64,000 nucleotides of DNA from an uncultured Acidobacteriota bacterium (GTDB lineage: Bacteria > Acidobacteriota > Thermoanaerobaculia > UBA5066 > DATFVB01), in the NCBI GenBank assembly GCA_963813155.1, contig CAWEYG010000001.1:160001-224000 (forward strand). The letters run 5' to 3'. A program made the position numbers and the translations under genes. Positions within the stretch are counted from its first letter, which is position 1. Every line of letters starts with the position of its first letter. Positions 51,337 to 60,091 of the stretch are shown piece by piece. Below the pieces are notes generated by a model. That model worked only from the letters and a program-made list of their open reading frames with translations, searched no databases and was not told where the DNA came from.

Positions 51337-53859
51337 TCATCCTTTCGAAATGCTCATCAGCATGAAGGTCATGTCGTCGTATTGCTCGGCATCCGCCACG
51401 TGCGCGCGCACGTCCGCAAGGATACCGCGGGCCGTCTCCTCCAGGTTCGGGGAGGAGTGCTTCGCGAAGGACTGCATCAGGCGATCCTCCCCGTACGGAT
51501 TCATCTCCGCGTCCATGGCCTCGGTAAACCCGTCCGTGTAGAAGAAGAGGACGTCCCCGTGCCTCAGGTAGACCTCGCGCGTGTCGTAGGGAACCTCCCG
51601 AAGCGCGCCCAGGGGAAGGCGAAATTCGGGCGGCTCGAGCTGCCGGGGGCCGCCGTCTCCCGTTCGCAGCAGAAACGGCAGGGGTTGCCCGCCGATCGCG
51701 TACTTGAGCGTCAGCGATTCGATGTCGAGCAGGAAGTATCCAAGCGCGACGAACATCTTCCTCTTGATGTCGTAGATGCGCCGGTTCGACTCGCGGAACA
51801 GGGCCCCGGGGTCCTCGGTGTTGCGCGATCCCGCGTAGATGATCTCCCGCGAGGCGACCATGAGCAGCGAGGCCGGGATCGACTTCCCCGACACGTCGCC
51901 CATGACGAATCCGAGGCGCGCGCCGTTCTGAAACGGGAAAAAATCGTAGAAATCGCCCCCGACGACCTTCGCCGGCAGGCTCCCTCCCGAGAACCTCACT
52001 CCCGGGATCTTCGGAAACTCCTTGGGAAAGAGGCTCGTCTGGATGTCCCGGGCGATTTCCAGGTCGCGCCGGAATTCCGCCTGCTGGGTCATCTCGTCGT
52101 GGAGCGAGGCCGTCTCGATCGCCGTCGCCGCGTGATTGGCCAGAGTCTCCAGCACGAGAAAATCGTCCGGGTCGAAGGCTTCCTCGGAGAGCTTGCCTTT
52201 CAGGGCGAAAAAGCCCATCAGGCGATCGCGATAGATGATCGGAACGAGGAGCGTCACTCCCCGGCGCGCGATCGAGTCGAGAAACGCGACGCTGTCGGGC
52301 TCTCCCCAGCACCCCGATTTCAGCTCCGGGATGCCGCGGGGTCTCGCCGAACCCTGAAGAAAACGCGAGACGAGCGAACGGGCCGGCACTCTCTGGTCCC
52401 GGTCCTCCCTTCCGAAAAAATGCCCGTCGCGGTCGCGAAGAAAGAGCTCGACGCCGGATAGCCGCAGAAGCGAAAGGATCCGAGCGGTCAGGTAATCCGA
52501 GACGCGCGCGAGGTCGAGCTCGCCGGCGACCGCTTCCGAGATTTCGAGCATCGCTTTCTGGTAGTCGTACTTCTCGCGGAAGAAAAGCCGGTCGATGGGA
52601 TTCTGCAGCCTGCGCCGGAGGAACTCGAACGTCGGGATGACGACGAGGAACACCCCGAAGAGAAAAAGCCGGGACGAAGCCAGGCGCGAATTCGCGAACA
52701 GCGCGTTGGCGGCGGAAAGGGCGCCGGCGTAGAAAGCGAAAAGAATTGCGGTCGAAAACGTGTAGAGCAGGGACTTCCGGACGATCACGCGAACGTTGAG
52801 AATCTGGAATCGGACGATCGCGTACGCAAAAGTCAGCGGGATCAGGACCATCGGGGCGATCCCGTAGAACACGTAGGCGTCGTTGTGCAGCGCCGTCGGA
52901 AACACGATCCCGAAGAGGACGAACGGCGCGGTGCCGAGAATCGTTCCGACGAAGACCTGCATCACCTGGCGCCGCTCGCGCGGATTCTCGAGCGTGAAAG
53001 CGGAATGGGCGAGGGCCGCGAGGCCGAGGACCAGGTAGTCGCCGAGAAGCACCCAGGAGGCCAGCGGCGCTCCGGAGAGCAGTTTCACCGGACGCCCTTC
53101 CATCTGGCGCTGAACGTCGAAGATGAACACGACGGGAGGAATCGCGTAAATCAGGAAGTACAGGAGCGGACTTCCGTTCAGGAAGTCCTGGAGCCTTCGC
53201 GCGATCGAGCCGGCGCGGTCCTCCTCCGCGAATCGAAACTGGTTCTGTCGCGGGAAAATCAGGAAGAAGTGGAGAAACGCCGCGGGCAGGAGAAACAGGG
53301 AGATCGTGCCCGTGTTCTGGACGAAGAGGTCGACCCACCAGTAGGAGGCGGGCCTCAGCCGGCAAACGAAGAACAGGAGGAAGAGAACGCAAACGACGAA
53401 GAAGACCCGGACGGCTCCGTCGTCCGGCCGTTTCCAGAACACGAACAGCCCGATCGCGAAAAAGAGAAACCCGATGATCGCTTCGTAGAAGTAGGTGGGG
53501 TCCGCGAGGATACGTCCCGTCAGCGCGACGTCCACGACGAACGGCGCGTTGCGTCCGCGTTCCACCATGTAGGAGACCCGGGAGCCGATCCGGGACTTCA
53601 ACAGCTCCCGTCTCGCGTCGGCCGGCCCGCGCACCATCCGGTGGTTGATGCCGAGAATCCGGTCTCCGGCGAGGATGCCCGCCTTCTCGGCGCCCGAACC
53701 CCGAAGGACCTCGCGAACCTCGACGGCATCCTGACCGTACGGGTTCGGGACGACGCCGTCGGCGGGCCGCCGAACGAACATGTCGGCGAGCGAGCCCAGG
53801 GCGATTGCCAAACCCACGAAGCCGAAGATCAGGAGTGCTCGCCGGGACCCAAAGTTCAT
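51337..53859 (-). CDS. PDZ + multi-TM + GAF + PP2C (SpoIIE-like) membrane sensor phosphatase
   Basis: GSGAEKAGILAGDRILGIN (PDZ); many TMs incl. PLTFAYAIVR; IDRLFFREKYDY; VGGDFYD, GDVSGK, YTDGFTE, YDDMT. Confidence 0.9.
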   Translation of the reverse strand: MNFGSRRALLIFGFVGLAIALGSLADMFVRRPADGVVPNPYGQDAVEVREVLRGSGAEKAGILAGDRILGINHRMVRGPADARRELLKSRIGSRVSYMVERGRNAPFVVDVALTGRILADPTYFYEAIIGFLFFAIGLFVFWKRPDDGAVRVFFVVCVLFLLFFVCRLRPASYWWVDLFVQNTGTISLFLLPAAFLHFFLIFPRQNQFRFAEEDRAGSIARRLQDFLNGSPLLYFLIYAIPPVVFIFDVQRQMEGRPVKLLSGAPLASWVLLGDYLVLGLAALAHSAFTLENPRERRQVMQVFVGTILGTAPFVLFGIVFPTALHNDAYVFYGIAPMVLIPLTFAYAIVRFQILNVRVIVRKSLLYTFSTAILFAFYAGALSAANALFANSRLASSRLFLFGVFLVVIPTFEFLRRRLQNPIDRLFFREKYDYQKAMLEISEAVAGELDLARVSDYLTARILSLLRLSGVELFLRDRDGHFFGREDRDQRVPARSLVSRFLQGSARPRGIPELKSGCWGEPDSVAFLDSIARRGVTLLVPIIYRDRLMGFFALKGKLSEEAFDPDDFLVLETLANHAATAIETASLHDEMTQQAEFRRDLEIARDIQTSLFPKEFPKIPGVRFSGGSLPAKVVGGDFYDFFPFQNGARLGFVMGDVSGKSIPASLLMVASREIIYAGSRNTEDPGALFRESNRRIYDIKRKMFVALGYFLLDIESLTLKYAIGGQPLPFLLRTGDGGPRQLEPPEFRLPLGALREVPYDTREVYLRHGDVLFFYTDGFTEAMDAEMNPYGEDRLMQSFAKHSSPNLEETARGILADVRAHVADAEQYDDMTFMLMSISKG

Positions 53860-53950
53860 CAAACTGAATGAATTATACGGATCGTCCGAGAAATGGTTCA
53901 AACCCTTGTGGGTGCCGGAGGGTGCGGATAGAGTCCCGGGCGGGAGACCG

Positions 53951-54572
53951 ATGCCGCTCATCACGTTCGAAGGAATCGAAGGCTCCGGAAAGTCGACGCA
54001 GTCCCGGCGCGCGGCGTCGCTCTTTCGAAGCCGGGCCGCGGAAGTGCTGCTGGAGAGAGAGCCCGGAGGAACGCGGATCGGCTCCGCGATCCGGGAAATC
54101 CTTCTCGATCCGGCGAACCGTCACCTCGATCCGATCGCGGAGTTGATGCTCCTGGAAGCCGACCGCCGCCAGCACGTCGCCGAGACTCTCGCTCCCGCCC
54201 TCGCCCGGGGAGCGCTCGTTCTCTGCGACCGCTTCAGCGACGCGACGTTCGCGTACCAGGGAGGAGGCCGCGGAATCGATCCCGCCCTGCTTTCCCGAAT
54301 CGACGGGTGGAGCGTCGGAAATCTCCGCCCGGACCGGACTCTCCTTTTCGACTGCCCCGCGGAGGTGGGTCTCGCTCGCGCCCGGGAGCGCGACGGCGGC
54401 CGGAGCGGATCGGTTCGAAGCCGAGGAGGAGGATTTCCACCGGCGGGTGCGGGATGCCTACCTCGAAATCGCGCGGCGGGAACCCCTCCGGGTCCGCGTC
54501 CTGGATTCGACCCGGTCTCCCGAAGAAGTCTTCGGGGACGTGGAGCGCGAGATCTCCGGACTGCTCGGCTGA
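53951..54572 (+). CDS. tmk: Thymidylate kinase; apparent frameshift ~54405
   Basis: ITFEGIEGSGKST, REPGGT, VLCDRF, AYQG; shifted C-terminus FHRRVRDAYL. Confidence 0.92.
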
Positions 54573-54573
54573 C

Positions 54574-55446
54574 GTGCGCACCCTCCTGATCTCCGGCGAT
54601 TCTCCCGCCCTGCTGCGCCAGGAGGCTCTCGCGACCGCAAGACGCCTTCTCTGCCCCGAACATCGGGAAGACTCCTGCTCCGTCTGCCGGCGCATCGCGG
54701 ACGGTTCGCATCCGGACTTTCTTCGGGTGGGCCCCGACGGCCCGCAGATCAAGGTCGAAGACGTGCGCGATGCCGTTCGATTTGCGTCGGGGCGCCCCTA
54801 CGAAGGCCCCGCGCGGATGATCTGGATCGACGGGGCCGACGCGCTCCGGGACGCCGGCGCGAACGCCCTCTTGAAATCGCTCGAAGAACCGGGGGAGTCG
54901 GTCCAGTGGCTGCTCACGGCGACGGCGCCCGAATCGATCCTTGCGACGATCCGTTCCCGCTGCGTGCACCGCCGGCTCTCGCCCCGAAGACCTTCGGATC
55001 TCGCGGCGGCTTTCGAAGCGGACGGCCTCGCGCCGTCCGACGCGCGCGACGCGGTCGCCTTCGGGCTCGAACCGGGGGAGCCCGCCGACCTCGACGCGGC
55101 GAGGGAGCGCCGCCGCCTCGTCCTGGGCGCTCTCGGGAACGGGTCCGTGACCGCGCTGCTCTCGCTCGCGGCCGCGTCCGCGGAAGACGATTTCGCCCCC
55201 GGCCTCGTCGCCTCGGTCCTCCGGGACGCGGCCATTCTCGCCTCGGGGGCCTCTTCCGACCGGCTTCGCCACGTCGGCGCCGCCTCCGAGCTCGCCCGAG
55301 TCGCGGCGCTCTACCGTCCCGAAGCGCTCCAGGAAGCCGCTCGGGAGGCGGACGCCCTTCCGGACGCCTTCCAGCGCAGCCGCCAGAAGAGGCTGGGCTT
55401 CGAAAAATTGTTTCTCAGGCTGAGCGAAGGAAAGGCCGAGAAATAA
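54574..55446 (+). CDS. holB: DNA polymerase III delta-prime subunit (compact)
   Basis: CSVCRRI..HPDF, IKVEDVR, ANALLKSLEEP, TIRSRC; follows tmk. Confidence 0.85.
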   Translation: MRTLLISGDSPALLRQEALATARRLLCPEHREDSCSVCRRIADGSHPDFLRVGPDGPQIKVEDVRDAVRFASGRPYEGPARMIWIDGADALRDAGANALLKSLEEPGESVQWLLTATAPESILATIRSRCVHRRLSPRRPSDLAAAFEADGLAPSDARDAVAFGLEPGEPADLDAARERRRLVLGALGNGSVTALLSLAAASAEDDFAPGLVASVLRDAAILASGASSDRLRHVGAASELARVAALYRPEALQEAAREADALPDAFQRSRQKRLGFEKLFLRLSEGKAEK

Positions 55447-55588
55447 TCGGGGGGAGGAGGCGAACACGGGGTTGAGAAGGAGGATGTCGGAAGAGCGCGG
55501 AACTTAGAACGCTAAGAGCGAATCGGTGACAGCTTGGATGCATCGGACGCCCGCCTTCACAACCTCCCCCCGAAACCATTTCTCGGAC
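55436..55588 (-). ncRNA. Structured ~150-nt RNA, 6S-RNA-like candidate
   Basis: Long terminal helix CCGAGAAAUGGUUUCGGGGGGAGG..AGGCGGGCG / UGUUCGCCU.CCUCCCCCCGAUUAUUUCUCGG with G-U pairs on the minus strand; central unpaired region; apical CUUAG-CGUU-CUAAG; own extended -10. Confidence 0.55.
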
Positions 55589-55594
55589 TCGGGG

Positions 55595-55603
55595 ATTATA
55601 CCA
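55595..55603 (-). promoter_or_regulatory. Extended -10 promoter TGGTATAAT for the ncRNA candidate
   Basis: Perfect TGnTATAAT 8 nt upstream of the helix 5' end; no sizeable CDS follows. Confidence 0.65.
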
Positions 55604-55606
55604 CGA

Positions 55607-56620
55607 TTATTTTCTCAATCGCACCCTCACCCGGGCGCTTCTCCGGGCGGGCGCCATGATCTCCACCGTCGTCTCGCGGTATCCCGGGCACGTCACGGTG
55701 ACGCGGTGCTCGCCGGCCTCCACCGCGAAGCCTTCGGACATCGCGTCGAGCTCCCTTGCTCCTCCGGCAAACCGGCCGTCGACGTAGACCGCCGCCTCTT
55801 CGGGATCGATTTCGAAGGAAAGCCGCGAGTCGGAAACCGCCGGACTCTCGGTGGGCGGCTCGGGAGCGGTCGCCCCGGGAGCGTCTTCGTCGGTCTCCAC
55901 TTCCTCGCTGTCACCCCGATACGGTTCCGGCTGGCGCGCGCGAGGAGGGGCATCCCTGTCCGGAGAATTCGGGGACGCCACTTCCAGGCGATCGCCCCGT
56001 TTTCGGAAGAAGCGGACCACGCCCCCTTCCGGCCGCGCGGGCTCGTAGGTGCCGTGATGTTTCGCTCCCGGAATCTTCTTCAAGTGCTCGTTGATCCGAA
56101 ACGACAGGCCCGGCTCGGCCTCGACCTCGGTCGTATAGGTCTCGTACCCGTCGAGCCGGAATTCGAGCCGGTAATGACCGCGCCCGAGATAGAGCTTGTC
56201 GGGATAGCCGTCGAAATCGTCCGCGGTCCCGATCAGCCTTCCGTCCAGGTACAAGGCCGCCTCGTCCGGCTCGACGTCGGTCTTCACGGCCGTCCACCGC
56301 GAGGGGGCCGCATATCGGTAGGGGTATGGGTTTGGATACGGATAGGCGTAGGGGTAATAGCCGTATCCTCCCCACCACGGGGAATACCAGCCCCACCCTC
56401 CCCCGACGAACACGCGACCGCCTCCGCCGTGAAATCCGCCGCCTCCATGCGATCCGCCCGAATGATCGGCCCGGGCCACGCGGCCCGACGAATGAGACCC
56501 GTGAGACGCGCTCGACCTCGACGTCGCCGCCGAGGCCGGGCGGGAAGCGATCAGGACCGCAAAGGCGACGCCAAGAGCGAGGCGCGAAATCGAACGAAAG
56601 GAAACTCGCATTCTCGACAT
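55607..56620 (-). CDS. Exported PEGA-domain protein with Gly/His- and Tyr/Pro-rich region
   Basis: SD GGAGG; signal peptide; GWGWYSPWWGGYGYYPYAYPYP; two PEGA-like units (EPDEAALYLDG, DPEEAAVYVDG). Confidence 0.82.
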   Translation of the reverse strand: MSRMRVSFRSISRLALGVAFAVLIASRPASAATSRSSASHGSHSSGRVARADHSGGSHGGGGFHGGGGRVFVGGGWGWYSPWWGGYGYYPYAYPYPNPYPYRYAAPSRWTAVKTDVEPDEAALYLDGRLIGTADDFDGYPDKLYLGRGHYRLEFRLDGYETYTTEVEAEPGLSFRINEHLKKIPGAKHHGTYEPARPEGGVVRFFRKRGDRLEVASPNSPDRDAPPRARQPEPYRGDSEEVETDEDAPGATAPEPPTESPAVSDSRLSFEIDPEEAAVYVDGRFAGGARELDAMSEGFAVEAGEHRVTVTCPGYRETTVEIMAPARRSARVRVRLRK

Positions 56621-56644
56621 TTCAAACCTCCGTGGAAACAACAG

Positions 56645-56660
56645 AGCAATTTCGCGACCA
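56645..56660 (-). promoter_or_regulatory. Candidate sigma54 -24/-12 promoter
   Basis: TGGTCGCGAAATTGCT (GG-N10-GC); palindromes CTGCGG-GT-CCGCAG 56713-56726 and TGACC-N8-GGTCA 56741-56758 upstream. Confidence 0.6.
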
Positions 56661-56769
56661 CCTGCCTTCCGACCGAGTCTCGAAAAGCCCCAAATGATTG
56701 AGCGGCTTGGCGCTGCGGGTCCGCAGGGGGGTGGATGCGATGACCTCCGTTTGGGTCAACTCGTCCCCT

Positions 56770-57678
56770 TCATGGGGCATCGGCAAGGGCGCCCTTGAGG
56801 CCCCGCAGGTAGTCCGCCCGCAGCACCCGATCGATCGCGCGGCGGCCGCCCGGGATCTCCCAGCGCTCGCACATGCCGGCCCAGAAGCGCAGGGGCAGAG
56901 AGACGCCCGTACTCTCGACCCGGGCGGAGCTCACTCCGAGAAAGTCCGCGAGCTCGGGGTGCTTACGATAGAAGATCGCCGCCGCGCGGCCGGAGCGCTC
57001 CTGCCGCCGACGGAAGGAATCGAACGTGATCGCGTGGTGGTGCCGGACGACGGCGCCCGGCCGATAGACGATCACGTACCCGCTCTGCGACAGGCGATAG
57101 GAGAGCTCGATGTCTTCCCAGGCGGCGTCGGGAAACGTCGTGTCGAAGAGCCCGACCTCCAGAAGGGCCCGGCGGGGCAGCGAAATGTTCGACGTGTAGA
57201 AGAAATTGAAGGGAACGGAGTCGGGATCCTCGATCAGCTCGTAGCCGAACTGAAGGCCGTATTCGTTGATGTGATGGAGAAACGGCGTCACGCGCCGCTC
57301 CCGCGGCCAACCCGTGTACCCGAGGACCGCGACTTTTCTGCCGCCTGCCTCGCGGTGCGACCGCAGGTGCACGGCGAGGAATTCGGATTCCGGAACGGTG
57401 TCGTCTCCCAGGAAAACGACGACCTCTCCGTTCGCCGCGCGCACGCCGCGGTTCCGCGCTCCGGCCGGCCCCGTGTTCCCCTGCCTCATCACGGTGAGAT
57501 CGAAGGGCGCCGAATAGTGTTCCAGGATCTCCGGCGTTCCGTCGTTGGACCCGTCGTCGACGACGAGGACTTCGAAATCGTCCCGGGGCAGCGTCTGGCG
57601 CCCGAGCGCGTCGAGCACCCGCGAGACGGTATCCTTTCGGTTGAACGTCGGGATGACGACGGAAAGCTCCGCGCTCAC
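56770..57678 (-). CDS. GT2 glycosyltransferase
   Basis: LSVVIPTFNR, VVDDGSND, GPAGARN, FLGDD, WEDIELSYRL. Confidence 0.92.
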   Translation of the reverse strand: MSAELSVVIPTFNRKDTVSRVLDALGRQTLPRDDFEVLVVDDGSNDGTPEILEHYSAPFDLTVMRQGNTGPAGARNRGVRAANGEVVVFLGDDTVPESEFLAVHLRSHREAGGRKVAVLGYTGWPRERRVTPFLHHINEYGLQFGYELIEDPDSVPFNFFYTSNISLPRRALLEVGLFDTTFPDAAWEDIELSYRLSQSGYVIVYRPGAVVRHHHAITFDSFRRRQERSGRAAAIFYRKHPELADFLGVSSARVESTGVSLPLRFWAGMCERWEIPGGRRAIDRVLRADYLRGLKGALADAP

Positions 57679-58862
57679 CCGAGCCCCACGAAGATGTCGG
57701 CCAGGGTTCGAGGCTTCAACGACAGGAGCCGGGGACGAATCTCCTCGAAGAACCGCGAGGCGAGAAGGTCGTCCCCCGGGTACGTGGGGACGACCGCGGC
57801 CGGAAATTGCGAAAAAATCTCGCGATCCCCGCGCCGCCGGCGGGACTGGACCCATTCGCGCTTGCGTTGAAGCGCGTCGCGGCCGGCGACGATCCAGCGG
57901 AGGGCGCGCAGCTGGGCGATGGCGAGGGGGTCTTTCACGACAACGCTCTCGCCCGGCCGAATCCCGAACAGGCGCGACAGCGAAGAAGCCCACCGCTTCC
58001 TTCCCGCAGGTTCGTCGTACGGATCGCGGGACAGCTCTCCCGCGCCGGGGTCCCGCGACACCATCGCCGAGATCCGGGCGAGAAACGTCGCGAGCAGCGC
58101 CGGCAGGGCGTCCCGGAGGTGATCGGCTTCGAAATTCTTGTAGGCCGTGGCGAAGGCGTTTTTCTCGATCAGGAAGCCGCGCTTGAACACCCCGAGAGCC
58201 TCGCCCGTCGCGCCGCCCTCGTGCCGGGCCGACGCCCCGGGCTCGAAAAGGATCCGGCTTCCAAAAATCCACTGGCGCCACCCGAAGTCCACGTCCTCCA
58301 GGTAGGCGAAATAGTCGTCGTCGAATCCGCCCGTCTCCAGGAAGGCCTCGCGATCCGCCAGCATGTTCCCGCCGCACGCGAAGAGACGCTCTTCTCCGGC
58401 GGCGCCGGGAATGGCCGGAGCGCCCACGAGATCGGAAAATGCATGCCCGTCGAACGTCAGGAAACCGTCGGAGAAATCGTTTCGCTGCCCCGAAGAGTCG
58501 GTGAGACGCCCGGCGATGGCCGTCACGTCGCCCGGTTTCCGGTCCGCGGCGGAGAGGAAGCTCGGAAGCCAGCCGTCCTCGGGAACGGCGTCGTCGTTCA
58601 GAAAGATGACGCGGGGTCCCGAAGCCGCTTCGGCGCCCACCCGGCATGCCCGGGCGAAACCCAGGTTTCGATCCTGGGACAGGATACGAACCCGGGGAAA
58701 ACGCCGGGCGACTTCCGCGGAGGCCCCTTCGCGGGAGGCGTTGTCCACGAGAATCACTTCCGCGCCTTCCTTCCCGGCCTGCAGGTCGACGGGCGCCAGC
58801 GTCCGAAAGAGACGTTCCCGCCCCCGGTGGTGGACGATGACGATCGTCGCTCGCGGCGTCAG
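57675..58862 (-). CDS. GT2 glycosyltransferase (probable CTG start)
   Basis: TIVIVH, VDNAS, NLGFA, FLNDD, GGFDDDYFAYLEDVDFGWR. Confidence 0.88.
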   Translation of the reverse strand: MTPRATIVIVHHRGRERLFRTLAPVDLQAGKEGAEVILVDNASREGASAEVARRFPRVRILSQDRNLGFARACRVGAEAASGPRVIFLNDDAVPEDGWLPSFLSAADRKPGDVTAIAGRLTDSSGQRNDFSDGFLTFDGHAFSDLVGAPAIPGAAGEERLFACGGNMLADREAFLETGGFDDDYFAYLEDVDFGWRQWIFGSRILFEPGASARHEGGATGEALGVFKRGFLIEKNAFATAYKNFEADHLRDALPALLATFLARISAMVSRDPGAGELSRDPYDEPAGRKRWASSLSRLFGIRPGESVVVKDPLAIAQLRALRWIVAGRDALQRKREWVQSRRRRGDREIFSQFPAAVVPTYPGDDLLASRFFEEIRPRLLSLKPRTLADIFVGLG

Positions 58863-60091
58863 CGCCCCCTCCGAAGAAGCCGAAACGCGGGACGAGGCCG
58901 CCGCTCGGGAAAATCGAGCCGGCTGGAGATCGACGGATGCTCGAAGAACTCGGCGAGCGGGAGCGTGACCCGGCTCCACGAGAACCCGCCCGCGAATTCG
59001 CGAGCGCGGCGGGACGCTTCCTTCCGGCGCGCCCCGTCCCGAAGGTAAGCCCGGATTGCCTCGCGAAGACCGTCCGCATCCTCAACGCAGGCGCCCGCGC
59101 CCGCCGCGGAGAGATCGCGGGCCAATCCGCCGCCTTCCAGCGAAACGGACGGAAGCCCGTAGGCGGCGGCGTCCAGAAGTCGCGTTCGAAAAGAAAGTTG
59201 CGTCTCGAGCCCCGGGCGGCAGAGACACACGGAAAGGGTCGAGGCCCCGTAGAGCTCGCCGCGACGATCGTACGGCGTCCACGGCAGGAAGAAGACCGAG
59301 CGCTCCGCCCAGCCGCGCCGCCGGGCGGCCGAAACCGCAGAATCGTAGACGCTCTGGGGCGTGCTCTCGCGATTGGGGTTCTCGCAGAAAATCAGTCGAA
59401 TCGACGGGAACTCCTCGAGAAGCGCCGGCCAGATCTGAAAGAGCGGCTCGGGGTCGTGCCAGTCGTAGAGGCCGCCGAAATAGAGCACGGGATCGCCGTC
59501 GTTCGCGCCGATTCTCGTTCGGATCGCGTCCGGGGCCGCGAAGGGAGCGGCTTCGACCCCGAAAGGAACGACGCGAACGAGGGAGCTTGCCTCCCGGTCC
59601 TGTTGAAAAGTCGCCCCGTTGACCCGGCCTCCCTGCAGAAGCATCCCGAGATAGAAGAGCCGCTGCTCTTCCGACGCGCAGAGGAACAGGTCCGCCCGGC
59701 AGAGGGCGAGGGCCCACGCGGCCCGATCGTTGGCCTCGACACCGTCGCCAAGCGACTCCCGGTACTGAAAATTCTCGACGAGGAAGGGATCGTACCAGTC
59801 GACGGCAACCGGCACATGGGGCGCGGCCAGGAAGAAGTAGTTCGCCGCGTGTCCCGAGACGAGCGCGGCGCGGCAATCGCGGATCTCCGAATGGAACGCC
59901 TCCGACCCGGGAGGCGCTCCGACGATCGCGACGCCTTTCGCGGCCGGAGCCTCCGCGGGATCGTTCGGAACGAGGAGGCGAACTTCGAAGCTCGCGGCTA
60001 GCGTTCGGGCGAGCTCGAGGGCGCGAATGCCCATCCCGGCCATCCGCGGGCGGATCGGCTCGGGGGCCAGCACGACGACTCTCCGATTCAC
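58859..60091 (-). CDS. GT4-like glycosyltransferase
   Basis: MAGMGIRALELA, VDWYDP, FGGLYDWHDP, ETQLSFRTRLLD..GLP, FSWSRV. Confidence 0.85.
   Translation of the reverse strand: MNRRVVVLAPEPIRPRMAGMGIRALELARTLAASFEVRLLVPNDPAEAPAAKGVAIVGAPPGSEAFHSEIRDCRAALVSGHAANYFFLAAPHVPVAVDWYDPFLVENFQYRESLGDGVEANDRAAWALALCRADLFLCASEEQRLFYLGMLLQGGRVNGATFQQDREASSLVRVVPFGVEAAPFAAPDAIRTRIGANDGDPVLYFGGLYDWHDPEPLFQIWPALLEEFPSIRLIFCENPNRESTPQSVYDSAVSAARRRGWAERSVFFLPWTPYDRRGELYGASTLSVCLCRPGLETQLSFRTRLLDAAAYGLPSVSLEGGGLARDLSAAGAGACVEDADGLREAIRAYLRDGARRKEASRRAREFAGGFSWSRVTLPLAEFFEHPSISSRLDFPERRPRPAFRLLRRGR

Noticed and set aside
55436-55588. tmRNA, SRP RNA or type I toxin mRNA reading of the rod RNA
   Set aside because: No tRNA-like ends or SRP helix-8 motif; the 18-aa ORF (MKAGVRCIQAVTDSLLAF) has 2-nt SD spacing and is not TM-like
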